A stretch of DNA of 63,685 nucleotides, counting the filler. It is 8 parts of 8 records of this genome, joined end to end, with 100 filler letters (N's around TTAATTAATTAA, not from the genome) between each part and the next. Parts side by side here need not be neighbours in the genome. Positions count along the whole stretch, not along the records: positions 31,206 to 44,699 come from SRR31147125_8284; 7 more parts are not named here. One strand, written 5' to 3'. A program made the position numbers and the translations under genes. The notes beneath the pieces are model-generated. The model was not told where the DNA came from, made no database searches, and saw only the letters and a list, made by a program, of their open reading frames with translations. This document shows positions 31,796 to 41,594 of this stretch, piece after piece (positions within the stretch are counted from its first letter, which is position 1; each line of letters begins with the position of its first letter).

Positions 31796-32242
31796 GTTTA
31801 TAGATATATATCGCTGAAAGTGATTTTTGTTGCTCCTTTTCCGTTGTGCCGGATTGGGAATGATACATCTCGCACTGTTCCTTTTCATTTTTATCTAACC
31901 TGATCCATCAACATCCAAATCCATAGAAAAAATGTTCTTTTTACTTCAGAAAAACCTTGCGAAATAGCAATATATTTATTAGTATTTATAATAAATACAT
32001 AAGCTTGGGGCTTGTATAACGGGGTTCTTTTGATTCTCATTTTTCTGACAGGGCGTATCAATCAGGCGCATGTAAAAGTGCGAAACAGTGCGGGTAACGT
32101 ATTTTCCATAATAGACGAATACAATATGAAACAGAAGGGATGTAAATAACTTCGGATAACTGCAATCTGAATTGTATGAACACATTTTGAATTTATCACA
32201 TAAACTCTAAACAGAAAAGCAGGATAAAAAATCGTCCAGCCA

Positions 32243-34735
32243 ATGAGGGATATTATGGGCTTTGACATGAGAAGCAAACCTGTTTATTTCATTAAACTTT
32301 TTATTCCTTTTTGTATTATCCTGTTGTTGCTTTTGCTGCATTCTGTTTTTGAAAATCTGCAAAAAGATTTTAATTACTGGTTGTCGCGAAAGAATGTGAC
32401 CAATAAGATATCCACGCCTGTTTACATTGTCTATTTTGATGAAACCGATATCACACAAATGGGGGGATGGCCATTATCCAGAAATATTTATGGTTTTCTG
32501 GCTGAAAAATTAATAGAAATGGGAGCCAGGGTTGTTGGATTTCATGTGTTTTGGGAAGATCAGTTCGAGCCCAATGATGAAAATAATTTATTTCTATCTC
32601 ATATCCTCAGCAAACACAAAAACATTGTCGCCAGCTATTACTTTAAAGATTCTCCCGGGACTTTTCAGAATTTTCCCATAAATGCATGGAAAAATAGGAT
32701 AACCAGTAAAAATATTCGTGTGGCAAAGGGAATAAACACTCCTGACGATTTGCTTTTAACTGGTCACGCACAGTTTGGTTTTGTCAATCTTTATACAAAC
32801 AGAGATGGGATTGTTGAGGTGACAGATCTGTTGATGGCATATTCTGATAGCTGTTATCCCTCTTTTGCTAATGTCATTGCCGGAAATTTTGCAGATGTTC
32901 CTGTTGATTCCGGAAAAACACAAATCAAAATCAATTATACTTTTGACGGGAACCACCTGCCTGTCATTTCTGTCCGGGATATTTTTCATGTTCCCATGAA
33001 AGATAGTATCAGGACAAAACTGGATGGCGCTATTATTCTCGTTGGCATCATTTCGCCACATTTTGGATTTTACAAAAGAACACCAGTTGATTCGAACGTT
33101 CCAGTTATTGCCATCCAGGCGCAAATTGTCGATAACCTGGTTTCTGGCACATATTTAAAAGATGTACCATTGTGGCTATTTCTTCTCGTGTTTACCTGTC
33201 TTACTGTTTTTCTTTATAAAAGTCACAACAAACTTTATCTGCAAATTATAGTCTGTGCCACTCTTGCCATTTTATTTTCGATCGCTGCTTTCATTTTCTG
33301 GCATTTTCAGTTTATCTTTCAATTGTATTTATATCTGACGGCTGTTTTTATTCTTTCTTTCTTGTTGGTAATGAAAACTGTATTCCGGAATAAAAAAAGA
33401 TATACTCAGGAACTGAATAGCAAGAAACAGCTGGAACAGAAATTTTCTGAAAAATTACAATCGGCTGCCAGATTAGAGCAGGATTATATTACTTTGAGGG
33501 AAAAATATAACAGAGAAATCAAAGTGACTCTGGATGAGCTGGCAGTTGTTCCGAAAGATCGTATTGGACATTTACGAAAAAAATATCCGGATATTATTAC
33601 CTCATGCAATAGTCCAATGATGGAAGTTCTTGCCCAAATGGAACTGATCAGTAAAACTGACGAACCCGTGCTTCTAACCGGCGAGAGCGGAACCGGCAAA
33701 GAACTTGTGGCCAAAGCAATACATAAACATAGCAAACGATCCACCTTTCCTTTCATCGCTATTAACTGCAGTGCTCTTTCTGAAAGCCTCTTAGAATCTG
33801 AATTGTTTGGCTATAAAAAGGGGGCGTTCACCGGTGCAAATCAGGATAAAACCGGATTTTTTGAAGCGGCACATGACGGGACCATTTTTTTGGATGAAAT
33901 ATCTGAAACATCCCTGTCTTTTCAGGCTAAACTGCTACGTGTGTTGCAGGAAAGTAGTTTTTATAGAGTTGGTTCAACGAGCGATACAAAGGTGAATGTG
34001 CGATTAATTGCTGCGACGAACAAAGATCTTAATCGCCTGGTGGATAATGGTTTATTTAGAAACGATTTATATTACCGGTTGAACGTATTGCCACTTCATC
34101 TTTTGCCATTAAGGGAGAGGCAGGAGGATATTCAACCGCTCATAAATCATTTTTTAACAGGTCGAAAGCTGGACTTTTCCCAGGGAGCTATAAACGCTCT
34201 CAAATCCCATTTTTGGCCCGGTAATATTAGGGAGTTGCAGAATATCTGCACAAGGATGAAACTGCTGCAGGATGAAAGCATTATCAATACTGTGTGGGTG
34301 GAAAAACAGATAAAAAGTGATAAGGAAATAGCAGTAACACCCCTGGAGGAAAAAATATTAGCGCTTTATCGTGAATTTGATTTTTGCAATGACGCCAATA
34401 CAAAAATAGCTCAGGAATTGATCCAACTGCATCGCAGTACGATAACCGAGTATTTAAAGGGCATGACATTTCAGTTCTTTTTCGAGGAAAAATATCATCT
34501 GGATAATGCCATAAAAAGGTTTAATCCGGATAGACGCCAATTGGATTCACGGGTGCGTAATAAAATGCTAACATATTTGAGAAACCTCTGTTTTCGTCTC
34601 GATTCGAACTTGCCAATTCAGCAAAATATGGACAACCTGAAACCACACCTTAAAAAGCTGCCGGGAAAATATCATGATGCAGCGATTGATAATGCGAACG
34701 CTTTTTTAAAAGGTCTTTGGCATATACCGGACTGA
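32243..34735 (+). CDS. Membrane-bound CHASE2-domain sigma54 enhancer-binding protein
   Basis: N-terminal TM, CHASE2-like (IVYFDE..I..MGGWPLSR, ILVG, TPV), three TMs, coiled coil, AAA+ (GESGTGKE, ESELFGYKKGAFTGA, FLDEI, FRNDLYYRL, WPGNIREL). Confidence 0.9.
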   Translation: MRDIMGFDMRSKPVYFIKLFIPFCIILLLLLLHSVFENLQKDFNYWLSRKNVTNKISTPVYIVYFDETDITQMGGWPLSRNIYGFLAEKLIEMGARVVGFHVFWEDQFEPNDENNLFLSHILSKHKNIVASYYFKDSPGTFQNFPINAWKNRITSKNIRVAKGINTPDDLLLTGHAQFGFVNLYTNRDGIVEVTDLLMAYSDSCYPSFANVIAGNFADVPVDSGKTQIKINYTFDGNHLPVISVRDIFHVPMKDSIRTKLDGAIILVGIISPHFGFYKRTPVDSNVPVIAIQAQIVDNLVSGTYLKDVPLWLFLLVFTCLTVFLYKSHNKLYLQIIVCATLAILFSIAAFIFWHFQFIFQLYLYLTAVFILSFLLVMKTVFRNKKRYTQELNSKKQLEQKFSEKLQSAARLEQDYITLREKYNREIKVTLDELAVVPKDRIGHLRKKYPDIITSCNSPMMEVLAQMELISKTDEPVLLTGESGTGKELVAKAIHKHSKRSTFPFIAINCSALSESLLESELFGYKKGAFTGANQDKTGFFEAAHDGTIFLDEISETSLSFQAKLLRVLQESSFYRVGSTSDTKVNVRLIAATNKDLNRLVDNGLFRNDLYYRLNVLPLHLLPLRERQEDIQPLINHFLTGRKLDFSQGAINALKSHFWPGNIRELQNICTRMKLLQDESIINTVWVEKQIKSDKEIAVTPLEEKILALYREFDFCNDANTKIAQELIQLHRSTITEYLKGMTFQFFFEEKYHLDNAIKRFNPDRRQLDSRVRNKMLTYLRNLCFRLDSNLPIQQNMDNLKPHLKKLPGKYHDAAIDNANAFLKGLWHIPD

Positions 34736-34847
34736 TGAAATCCATTCCTACATTCCTACGTTTTGAATAAAATTTCCGACGTTTTATTTAAAAGAGATTT
34801 TGCTTTAACTGCAATAAATATAATATCTTAATATGTGAGTGATTTTC

Positions 34848-34863
34848 TGGCATTAACTTTGTA
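34848..34863 (+). promoter_or_regulatory. sigma54-like -24/-12 promoter
   Basis: TGGCAT-TAACT-TTGTA: GG-N10-GT, a variant of GG-N10-GC; 34 nt before ATG 34898 and directly after the bEBP gene. Confidence 0.65.
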
Positions 34864-34897
34864 AAAGGATATATGAATCAACCAGGTAAACCATACC

Positions 34898-36826
34898 ATG
34901 AATTTTAAAGTGTGTGCTATAATACTCTTTGGGTTTTCGTTTTGGATAAAAATGACCGGGATTGCTCTATCTTTACCTGTACAGTCTGCTGATTCTCTTT
35001 CTGAATATAGCAGACCAATAAACGGGATAGATTATTATTCAGCCAGAATGATAAAAGGTTTTGGTTTTAAGCTCTCCCAGTACCTGGAAGAAAAAATTGA
35101 CGGGCGTCAGGAAACAGAAACATGGCCTTCATTATATGTAAACTTGTCTCCCACTTTTTCGCTGGATTTGTTTAATCGTACTACTATAAAAAAGATTATG
35201 CCTGTGGAAAAATATAATTTTTCCACAGTTCCGATAAATACGATAACCCATGTTCAGGCACAAATAAGACTCTTTTCAGGTCTTCAATTTTTTCCTTTTG
35301 TTGAAGTGAGTGACACGAAACATGCTTATGATTCTGAATTGGGATCAACACTACACTTTGAGGATGAATCCAGGGAATATAAATATGGTGTTCATGGACA
35401 TTATATCAGTGATAAAGGTATTGTTTACCCGGAATCGCCAAAATTAAACTGGCTCTTTTATACTGACGCCCATTTACCTTGTCTAAACAAGGGACAATTC
35501 ATGGTTTCTTTTTCGGGTGTAATGAATACAACCACGTTCAAGGGCATTTCGGAAAAAAAATCTATTACAGTTCATGACATTGATGTTATAAAGCATTTTG
35601 ATACCGATTGGTTAGAGTATGAATTGAAAACTGACGTGTTTTACGGTTTTTCACAGGAAATGACTGTCGGATTATATTCCCACATGACATATTTTAAAAA
35701 TGATTTACAGAAAAAATCGGAAGAAAAGGTAGAAGAGGACGAACAGCAGATTTCCGAACTGACTGTTGGACCACAAATTTATTTTCGAATATCAGATCAT
35801 ATTTTCAACAAAATTTCAGGATATTATTCATTTATTCGCCACGAGGAAGATTTTAACTCAACTCTGGGTTACTCTCACAAGCATACAACACCTCTCTGGC
35901 ATGGATCATATGATCTTTCCTGGCTCATAAATGCTGAAAACGTGTTGGCTAACAAATTGCTGGCTAATTACAATAACTTTTTCGGAAACAGACTTTCTCC
36001 AGGAGCATTTCTTTTGAAATTTCATGTTTCACGTGATTCCAGATGGCATAAAAATAAACCTTTTAAAATTATTGAAAGTCGCGAATTATTTGAATCTTAT
36101 TATCCTGAGTTAAAATGTTCGTCTCTGTTTTTTGAATTGGCCGCACATTATGGCTTGTCTGATTATATTGAAATTGGTCTTTCCAGCCAGTGGTCAAAAG
36201 AAAAATCGTACAAACCTGAACCTGGCTCAAGTGTATCGGCATGGTTTGACAAACAAACGTGGCAAAACCTGTTAAACCTGAATTTTGCCAATTATACTTA
36301 TGACGCCGGATTGGAAAACAAATATGGCTGGTATGCTCTGTCATCTTTTGAAAAGTTTGAAAACCACCTTTTATTGCAGCCAGGAATGTTTAAAGGTAAG
36401 ATATCAGCGTCGAATCTCTCCGCCATAAAAGCAGATGATCTTTTCAGTTATATTGATTACTACAATCCAAATCTTTTTGATGTCGCAAGGCCATATTTTA
36501 CAAACAAAAAGTGGATTCTTTCAGAAGAGCTGTTTATTGGTCTGTGTAGAAATGTCGAATTCAAACATACCGGGCAGTATTATTTTTACTCTACTGATTC
36601 GAGAAATTATCTCGATAAAGATTGGGAACATGAGATGACCTTTTCCTGGCAGCCCTTTAAATCTTTACGATTTCAAATAACGCAAAAATCATTAAAGTAT
36701 GTCAATAATTGGGATTCCCGGTTCAGTTTTTATGTAGATCCTTATTCCAGTGCCTTCCGATACGAAAAAAATATCTATAATAAAACCATTCATACCTGGA
36801 TGATTCGGGTTACGAGCTTGTTTTAG
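34898..36826 (+). CDS. Hypothetical outer-membrane beta-barrel-like protein
   Basis: Signal-like N-terminus, aromatic-rich alternating strands, C-terminal WMIRVTSLF ending in Phe. Confidence 0.6.
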   Translation: MNFKVCAIILFGFSFWIKMTGIALSLPVQSADSLSEYSRPINGIDYYSARMIKGFGFKLSQYLEEKIDGRQETETWPSLYVNLSPTFSLDLFNRTTIKKIMPVEKYNFSTVPINTITHVQAQIRLFSGLQFFPFVEVSDTKHAYDSELGSTLHFEDESREYKYGVHGHYISDKGIVYPESPKLNWLFYTDAHLPCLNKGQFMVSFSGVMNTTTFKGISEKKSITVHDIDVIKHFDTDWLEYELKTDVFYGFSQEMTVGLYSHMTYFKNDLQKKSEEKVEEDEQQISELTVGPQIYFRISDHIFNKISGYYSFIRHEEDFNSTLGYSHKHTTPLWHGSYDLSWLINAENVLANKLLANYNNFFGNRLSPGAFLLKFHVSRDSRWHKNKPFKIIESRELFESYYPELKCSSLFFELAAHYGLSDYIEIGLSSQWSKEKSYKPEPGSSVSAWFDKQTWQNLLNLNFANYTYDAGLENKYGWYALSSFEKFENHLLLQPGMFKGKISASNLSAIKADDLFSYIDYYNPNLFDVARPYFTNKKWILSEELFIGLCRNVEFKHTGQYYFYSTDSRNYLDKDWEHEMTFSWQPFKSLRFQITQKSLKYVNNWDSRFSFYVDPYSSAFRYEKNIYNKTIHTWMIRVTSLF

Positions 36827-36852
36827 ACATAACAATACATGGAAATAGACAT

Positions 36853-38742
36853 TTGCTGTCAGTTAATGGATTGAATAATAGAATTTATATAATAATATTA
36901 TTTGCTCTTTTTTCGGTGAATTTAATGGCACATGAAACTGAAAATAGTCGTGCTATAGCATTTGACCGGGGTTTGACGAGCGCATCCGAACCGTTTGCTC
37001 CTTCTGGAAATCCTGCGCTTCTTACGCTTAAGGATCGTTTTCGTTTCCATGTTGAATATATCAATTCCAATAGTGCTCGTTATAATTTGTCTATGATTTA
37101 TCCAGTATCGCCGTTAACCAATTTTGGCATCTCTTATTCTTCCCGGGACCGGGATGACATTCAAAATGTGTCCCAGGGCGTTTTCAGGATTATTCAAAAA
37201 AATCGAACATTTTTATTCAGTTTGGGACATAATTCTTTTGTAAGGTGGGGACAGCAATTTGAGATCAATTTTGCCATGAACAGGTTTTCCACGATTACGT
37301 CCGGTTCTCTGCAGGGTCCACCGTTTGATAATGATCAAAAATTGCAATGCTCTTACCGCATCGGATTGTACAAAGAATTAGCAAGCACCTTTTGTATAGG
37401 TTTGTTAACGCCATCTGTTCTACAATTCGAATACCATACCTTTGATCAAAAGGATAAAAGATCAGATTCTAAATTCTCTTTTTTAAATGAACGAAAAAGT
37501 CCAATGGTGGCTTTACAATGGACACCCGATCCTAAATGTGCTTTTGTTCTCTCAGACAGATCAAAGTATGATGATCATGATGTGCAGATTGCTTCGGAAA
37601 TTTTAATAAAAAGGCTAATATGGACAAACGCGATTTATAATAAACAACATTCAGATAATCCCGGATATGTTCTCGGATTAGGCAGCGATCTTAAAGGTCT
37701 TTACTTTTTCTCCTCTTTTGATTTTAGTGAGAACGAATTTCGCCTGGCAGCCTCTTTTGCCCCTGAAAAAGCCGGAGATTTGATTGACATCATAAATGTG
37801 GGCATGCCGTCTTCTGTCTTTTATCCGTATCATCTCAACTTCAGTCATAATTCTCCTTTGAGCATTTTACAATTAAAAAATAAAGTTGATAATCCGGTAG
37901 ATGTGACAATTAAATTAACTGGACGTTCTTTACCAAAGTTTTCCATCAGTATCACTATAGATAAAAATTCGTTTACTACGGTAAATATCCCGATCCCGGC
38001 TGATTTGCAACGTCTGGCTGCCGGCACATACAATTATATGGTGGATATAACAGCTCATTATCGCGGTAGACAGCATATCAGGCGAACATTGACGTTCGAA
38101 ATAAAAGATAAACATTTGTGGGCTGGGGATATAAAGGATTTACTCTATTTTCTCACACCTGACCATGAGGATATTGTGGCAGAATCCAGGAGAATCGTTA
38201 CACACTATTCTAATGAATGTCAGCCTGGGAAAAACGAGGATATAGCCGAACATATATATAATCACATTCGTACTTTTAGTTATATCAAAGATCCCAAATC
38301 AATGCATGAAAACCAGGATTGGGTTCAGTATCCTGTTGAAACACTAAAATCTCGCAGCGGTGATTGCGAAGATCTGGCTGTGCTCTTTGTCTCTCTGTTA
38401 CAGAGCGTTGGCATTGACGCTGCTCTGGCGGAATATAGGATCCCTGAATCGGATGAGGGACATGTTCTTGTTCTTTTCGACAGTCAAAAAAGTGTTGCGG
38501 ATATTATTAATGAAAACGGCAATTTACAAAATTATATTATCCGCAAAAAATCGGCACAGGAATCCACATGTTATATACCGTTGGAATTAACTTTGGCGGA
38601 TTTATCTTTTGTTGAATCCCGAAAATATGCTATAGCTATTTACCATAAATACGCTGTTGAGCAAAAAGGCTTTGCCAACGGCTGGTTTCATATAATCGAT
38701 GCGCGCTCGATAAGTGAAACCACTTTTAATTCACACAATTAA
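36853..38742 (+). CDS. Barrel-like N-terminus fused to a transglutaminase-like domain
   Basis: Signal peptide, NPALL motif, then QYPVETLKSRSGDCEDLAVL...GHVLVLFD (Cys/His/Asp candidates). Confidence 0.75.
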   Translation: MLSVNGLNNRIYIIILFALFSVNLMAHETENSRAIAFDRGLTSASEPFAPSGNPALLTLKDRFRFHVEYINSNSARYNLSMIYPVSPLTNFGISYSSRDRDDIQNVSQGVFRIIQKNRTFLFSLGHNSFVRWGQQFEINFAMNRFSTITSGSLQGPPFDNDQKLQCSYRIGLYKELASTFCIGLLTPSVLQFEYHTFDQKDKRSDSKFSFLNERKSPMVALQWTPDPKCAFVLSDRSKYDDHDVQIASEILIKRLIWTNAIYNKQHSDNPGYVLGLGSDLKGLYFFSSFDFSENEFRLAASFAPEKAGDLIDIINVGMPSSVFYPYHLNFSHNSPLSILQLKNKVDNPVDVTIKLTGRSLPKFSISITIDKNSFTTVNIPIPADLQRLAAGTYNYMVDITAHYRGRQHIRRTLTFEIKDKHLWAGDIKDLLYFLTPDHEDIVAESRRIVTHYSNECQPGKNEDIAEHIYNHIRTFSYIKDPKSMHENQDWVQYPVETLKSRSGDCEDLAVLFVSLLQSVGIDAALAEYRIPESDEGHVLVLFDSQKSVADIINENGNLQNYIIRKKSAQESTCYIPLELTLADLSFVESRKYAIAIYHKYAVEQKGFANGWFHIIDARSISETTFNSHN

Positions 38743-38762
38743 AATGAAAAAAGGAGGAGTCC

Positions 38763-40358
38763 ATGCAAACCAGGACAACTTACTGGCGAATTGTTTTCTT
38801 TATGCTATTTGCTTTTATGAGTTTTTCCATCATTGCGGTTGCACAAACGACTTCCAAACAGATACTGAAATTTAAAGGTGATGAATATGATCAGGCGAAT
38901 TATCCTGAAATTTTTGATTATGAAGATCAGATCGGATTGCCAGGAACATCGTTGGAGAGAAGTTACTGGGTACAGGTGACGGATGAAAATGGCAATGGCA
39001 TAGATAATTTCCCTGTGACATTTACTGTTATTGAAGGCGGGGGAAAAATCACCCCGAACAGACAACATGATAACTATTTTGTAGAAAATGACATTTCAGC
39101 TGTTGTTTATACCAAATATAGTGGAATTGCTCGAGTTCGCCTGACGCTGGGGCCTGAACCGTTAACAACAAATCGGGTTCAGGTAACAGCAGAGGAGAAT
39201 GGTATCCCTTTGGCTGGTTCACCGCTTTTTTTTAGTGCTTTTTCAATTGAAAAGACAGAATTTGGACAAAGTCTGAGTTTGAACGGGGATCACCAGTATC
39301 TTGAAATTCCGGATGCTCCATATCTAAATGTTTGTCAGCAAAAAGAAATTACTATGGAATTGTGGTTCAAGCCCGAAAATATACATCAGTTCAATCTGAT
39401 AAATAAAATTGGGCATTATGGCGATAGCTTTTCAGGTAAAAGAGTATTTAATGGCTGGGCTTTGGATTTTAATAGGATTTTGCAAGGTAATTATACACCT
39501 GCAGTGCTGACACCTAATGGGTGTTCTCTCTATATGGGGAGAATTAGTGAAACAGCCATGGGTCAAACGACTGTTTCTACGACCAGGACTCAAAAACTGA
39601 ATATGCCGGAAGAATGGATTCATTTAGCGATTGTACAAACATGGAATGAAAGTACTTCAAAACTATCGATGAGTATTTATGCAAACGGTACATTGATACT
39701 CGATAACGATTGGCCTGATATAATTGATATGGAGGGGGATGCTCTTCTCATTGGCGGATTGCTGCCTGAAATTAACGATATATTTCCGACATCCATTTAC
39801 TTTAATGGTTATGTTGATGAGGTCCGTATATGGGATGTTGCCAGAAGCAGATATGAGATTGTGTCCACAATGCTTGATACATTGGGTAGTGAGTACTATA
39901 TGTCTCCGGATAGTGGATTAACGGGCTATTACCGTTTTGAGGACCTGGAAGATCTTGGTGTGGGTGATGACGGGCTGACTAATGACGTTCGTGATCTGAC
40001 CTATAACCAGAATCACGCCAATGCGGTGGGGGGCGCCGGAATTAAACTGGCAAAATGGTTGACCTCTGTTGAAAATGAAAAGCCCTCTCAACCGGAAACA
40101 TTCTCATTGTTACAAAACTATCCCAATCCGTTTAATCCGGAAACAACCTTAAAGTATCAATTGTCGCAAAGCGGTCATGTGACATTAAACGTGTATAATG
40201 TTCTTGGGCGTCAGATTGAAACACTGGTTAATCAATATCAGGGAGCCGGTACACATACTGTGACATTTAACGCTTTAAACCTGCCAAGCGGCATCTATTT
40301 TGGACGATTGCAAATGAACGGAGAAACACGTACGATGAAAATGCTGCTACAAAAATAA
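38763..40358 (+). CDS. Secreted Ig-like + LamG-like protein with T9SS type-A C-terminal sorting domain
   Basis: VQVTDENGNG...VTFTV (Ig-like); WIHLAIV...FNGYVDEVRIWD (LamG); LLQNYPNPFNPET...LPSGIYF (CTD). Confidence 0.88.
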   Translation: MQTRTTYWRIVFFMLFAFMSFSIIAVAQTTSKQILKFKGDEYDQANYPEIFDYEDQIGLPGTSLERSYWVQVTDENGNGIDNFPVTFTVIEGGGKITPNRQHDNYFVENDISAVVYTKYSGIARVRLTLGPEPLTTNRVQVTAEENGIPLAGSPLFFSAFSIEKTEFGQSLSLNGDHQYLEIPDAPYLNVCQQKEITMELWFKPENIHQFNLINKIGHYGDSFSGKRVFNGWALDFNRILQGNYTPAVLTPNGCSLYMGRISETAMGQTTVSTTRTQKLNMPEEWIHLAIVQTWNESTSKLSMSIYANGTLILDNDWPDIIDMEGDALLIGGLLPEINDIFPTSIYFNGYVDEVRIWDVARSRYEIVSTMLDTLGSEYYMSPDSGLTGYYRFEDLEDLGVGDDGLTNDVRDLTYNQNHANAVGGAGIKLAKWLTSVENEKPSQPETFSLLQNYPNPFNPETTLKYQLSQSGHVTLNVYNVLGRQIETLVNQYQGAGTHTVTFNALNLPSGIYFGRLQMNGETRTMKMLLQK

Positions 40359-40535
40359 TATCCGGATCAGGCGAGGCTGTATCATGAGTCGAAACGAAAG
40401 AAGTTTCAGTTAAAACCGTAAAAAGGTCTTGATGCGCTCAACGTTTTATAAACGACAAATTGATTCGTTAGATATACTATTCAGTCAAAAAGCCTTGTTG
40501 GTATACTTGACTTGTGATACAGCACTGCCTGGTCT

Positions 40536-41200
40536 TTGAGGAGTAAAGCTATGAGATTTTTATTCTTTTTTATGGTAATGCCCATAATAACATTCTCTGC
40601 AGAGAATGATTATGTTGTTCTCCTGGAAACCAATGGAACTGTCGAAATCCGTGAGCTTTATCAGGAGCAGTGGACAGCCGCATCTGTCGGGACAATCTTG
40701 AAAGATAAATCAACCATCAAGAGCGGCTCCAGTTCAAGTGCCCGTTTAAGGAGTTATGACGGCCGGATTTTTATTCTTCCGGCTGATGCGCAAATAGAGG
40801 CTCGGGATTTAAAAAATATGGATCGCAACGAGATTGTTTTGCAACTCACAGCTTTGGAAATGCAAAATCTGCCTTTTCAAAAAAAGAACTGAAAAAACCG
40901 CACGCTTTTATACTCCATGGTTCAATAAATCCAGAGAATAGCGAAAAAACAGAGGTGCCTGATAATTTTATAAATCGTGAGAAAAATGGCGCTTTGGCCC
41001 TGTATGAACAAAATTTTATCCCCGGATTTATTCTAAAATGGAATCGTTTTCTTTATGCATGCCCGGGAAGAACGATAAAAAAACTGGATCAGGCACTTTT
41101 AGAGTCCTATAGGAAAATGGACATGCCAACCAGAATGAATAAAATGTTGCAGGAGAGCACAGTATTCAAGGGATCCGGCAAAATTGTTACAGGATCCTGA
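40536..41200 (+). CDS. FecR-like domain protein, split by a -1 frameshift at A AAA AAG (40880-40886)
   Basis: G.VEI...W..A.VG..L.....IKSG..SSA.L pattern; the -1 frame continues ELKKPHAFILHG into ORF 40955-41200. Confidence 0.6.
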
Positions 41201-41246
41201 TCTGTTGGGGGCTCTCCTGCCAGGGGGATTTAATATACGGCCCATC

Positions 41247-41285
41247 GGCATGTTCCTTCAGAATGAATAGATGAAGGAACATGCC
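41247..41285. terminator. 14-bp hairpin downstream of the operon
   Basis: GGCATGTTCCTTCA-N11-TGAAGGAACATGCC. Confidence 0.55.
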
Positions 41286-41594
41286 CTGGTATTAGACAAT
41301 AGACCTGCCTGACAACCAACCATGATACGTCTAACATAAAATTTAAAAATGCCTTGCTTATAAGCCATTACATCTTTATAATTTATTTCTTGTACAATCT
41401 TCGTAAGCATTATAACATCCTTATTAAAACAAGTTTAAAAGGCAGAATATTATTGTTATTTGGATAATAATATTCTGCCTTATCTGCGATGATGATTCTT
41501 ATATTATTGAGTGGTTTGTGGATTTTCTGAATACAGGAATTGCTTTTTAATTGTCTGAATATCAGTAAAAAATAAGTATACAGATTAAAAAGAG

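Noticed and set aside
31800-32240. Possible riboswitch or ncRNA upstream of the CHASE2-bEBP gene
   Set aside because: I could not recognise any riboswitch consensus; an Rfam search would be needed.
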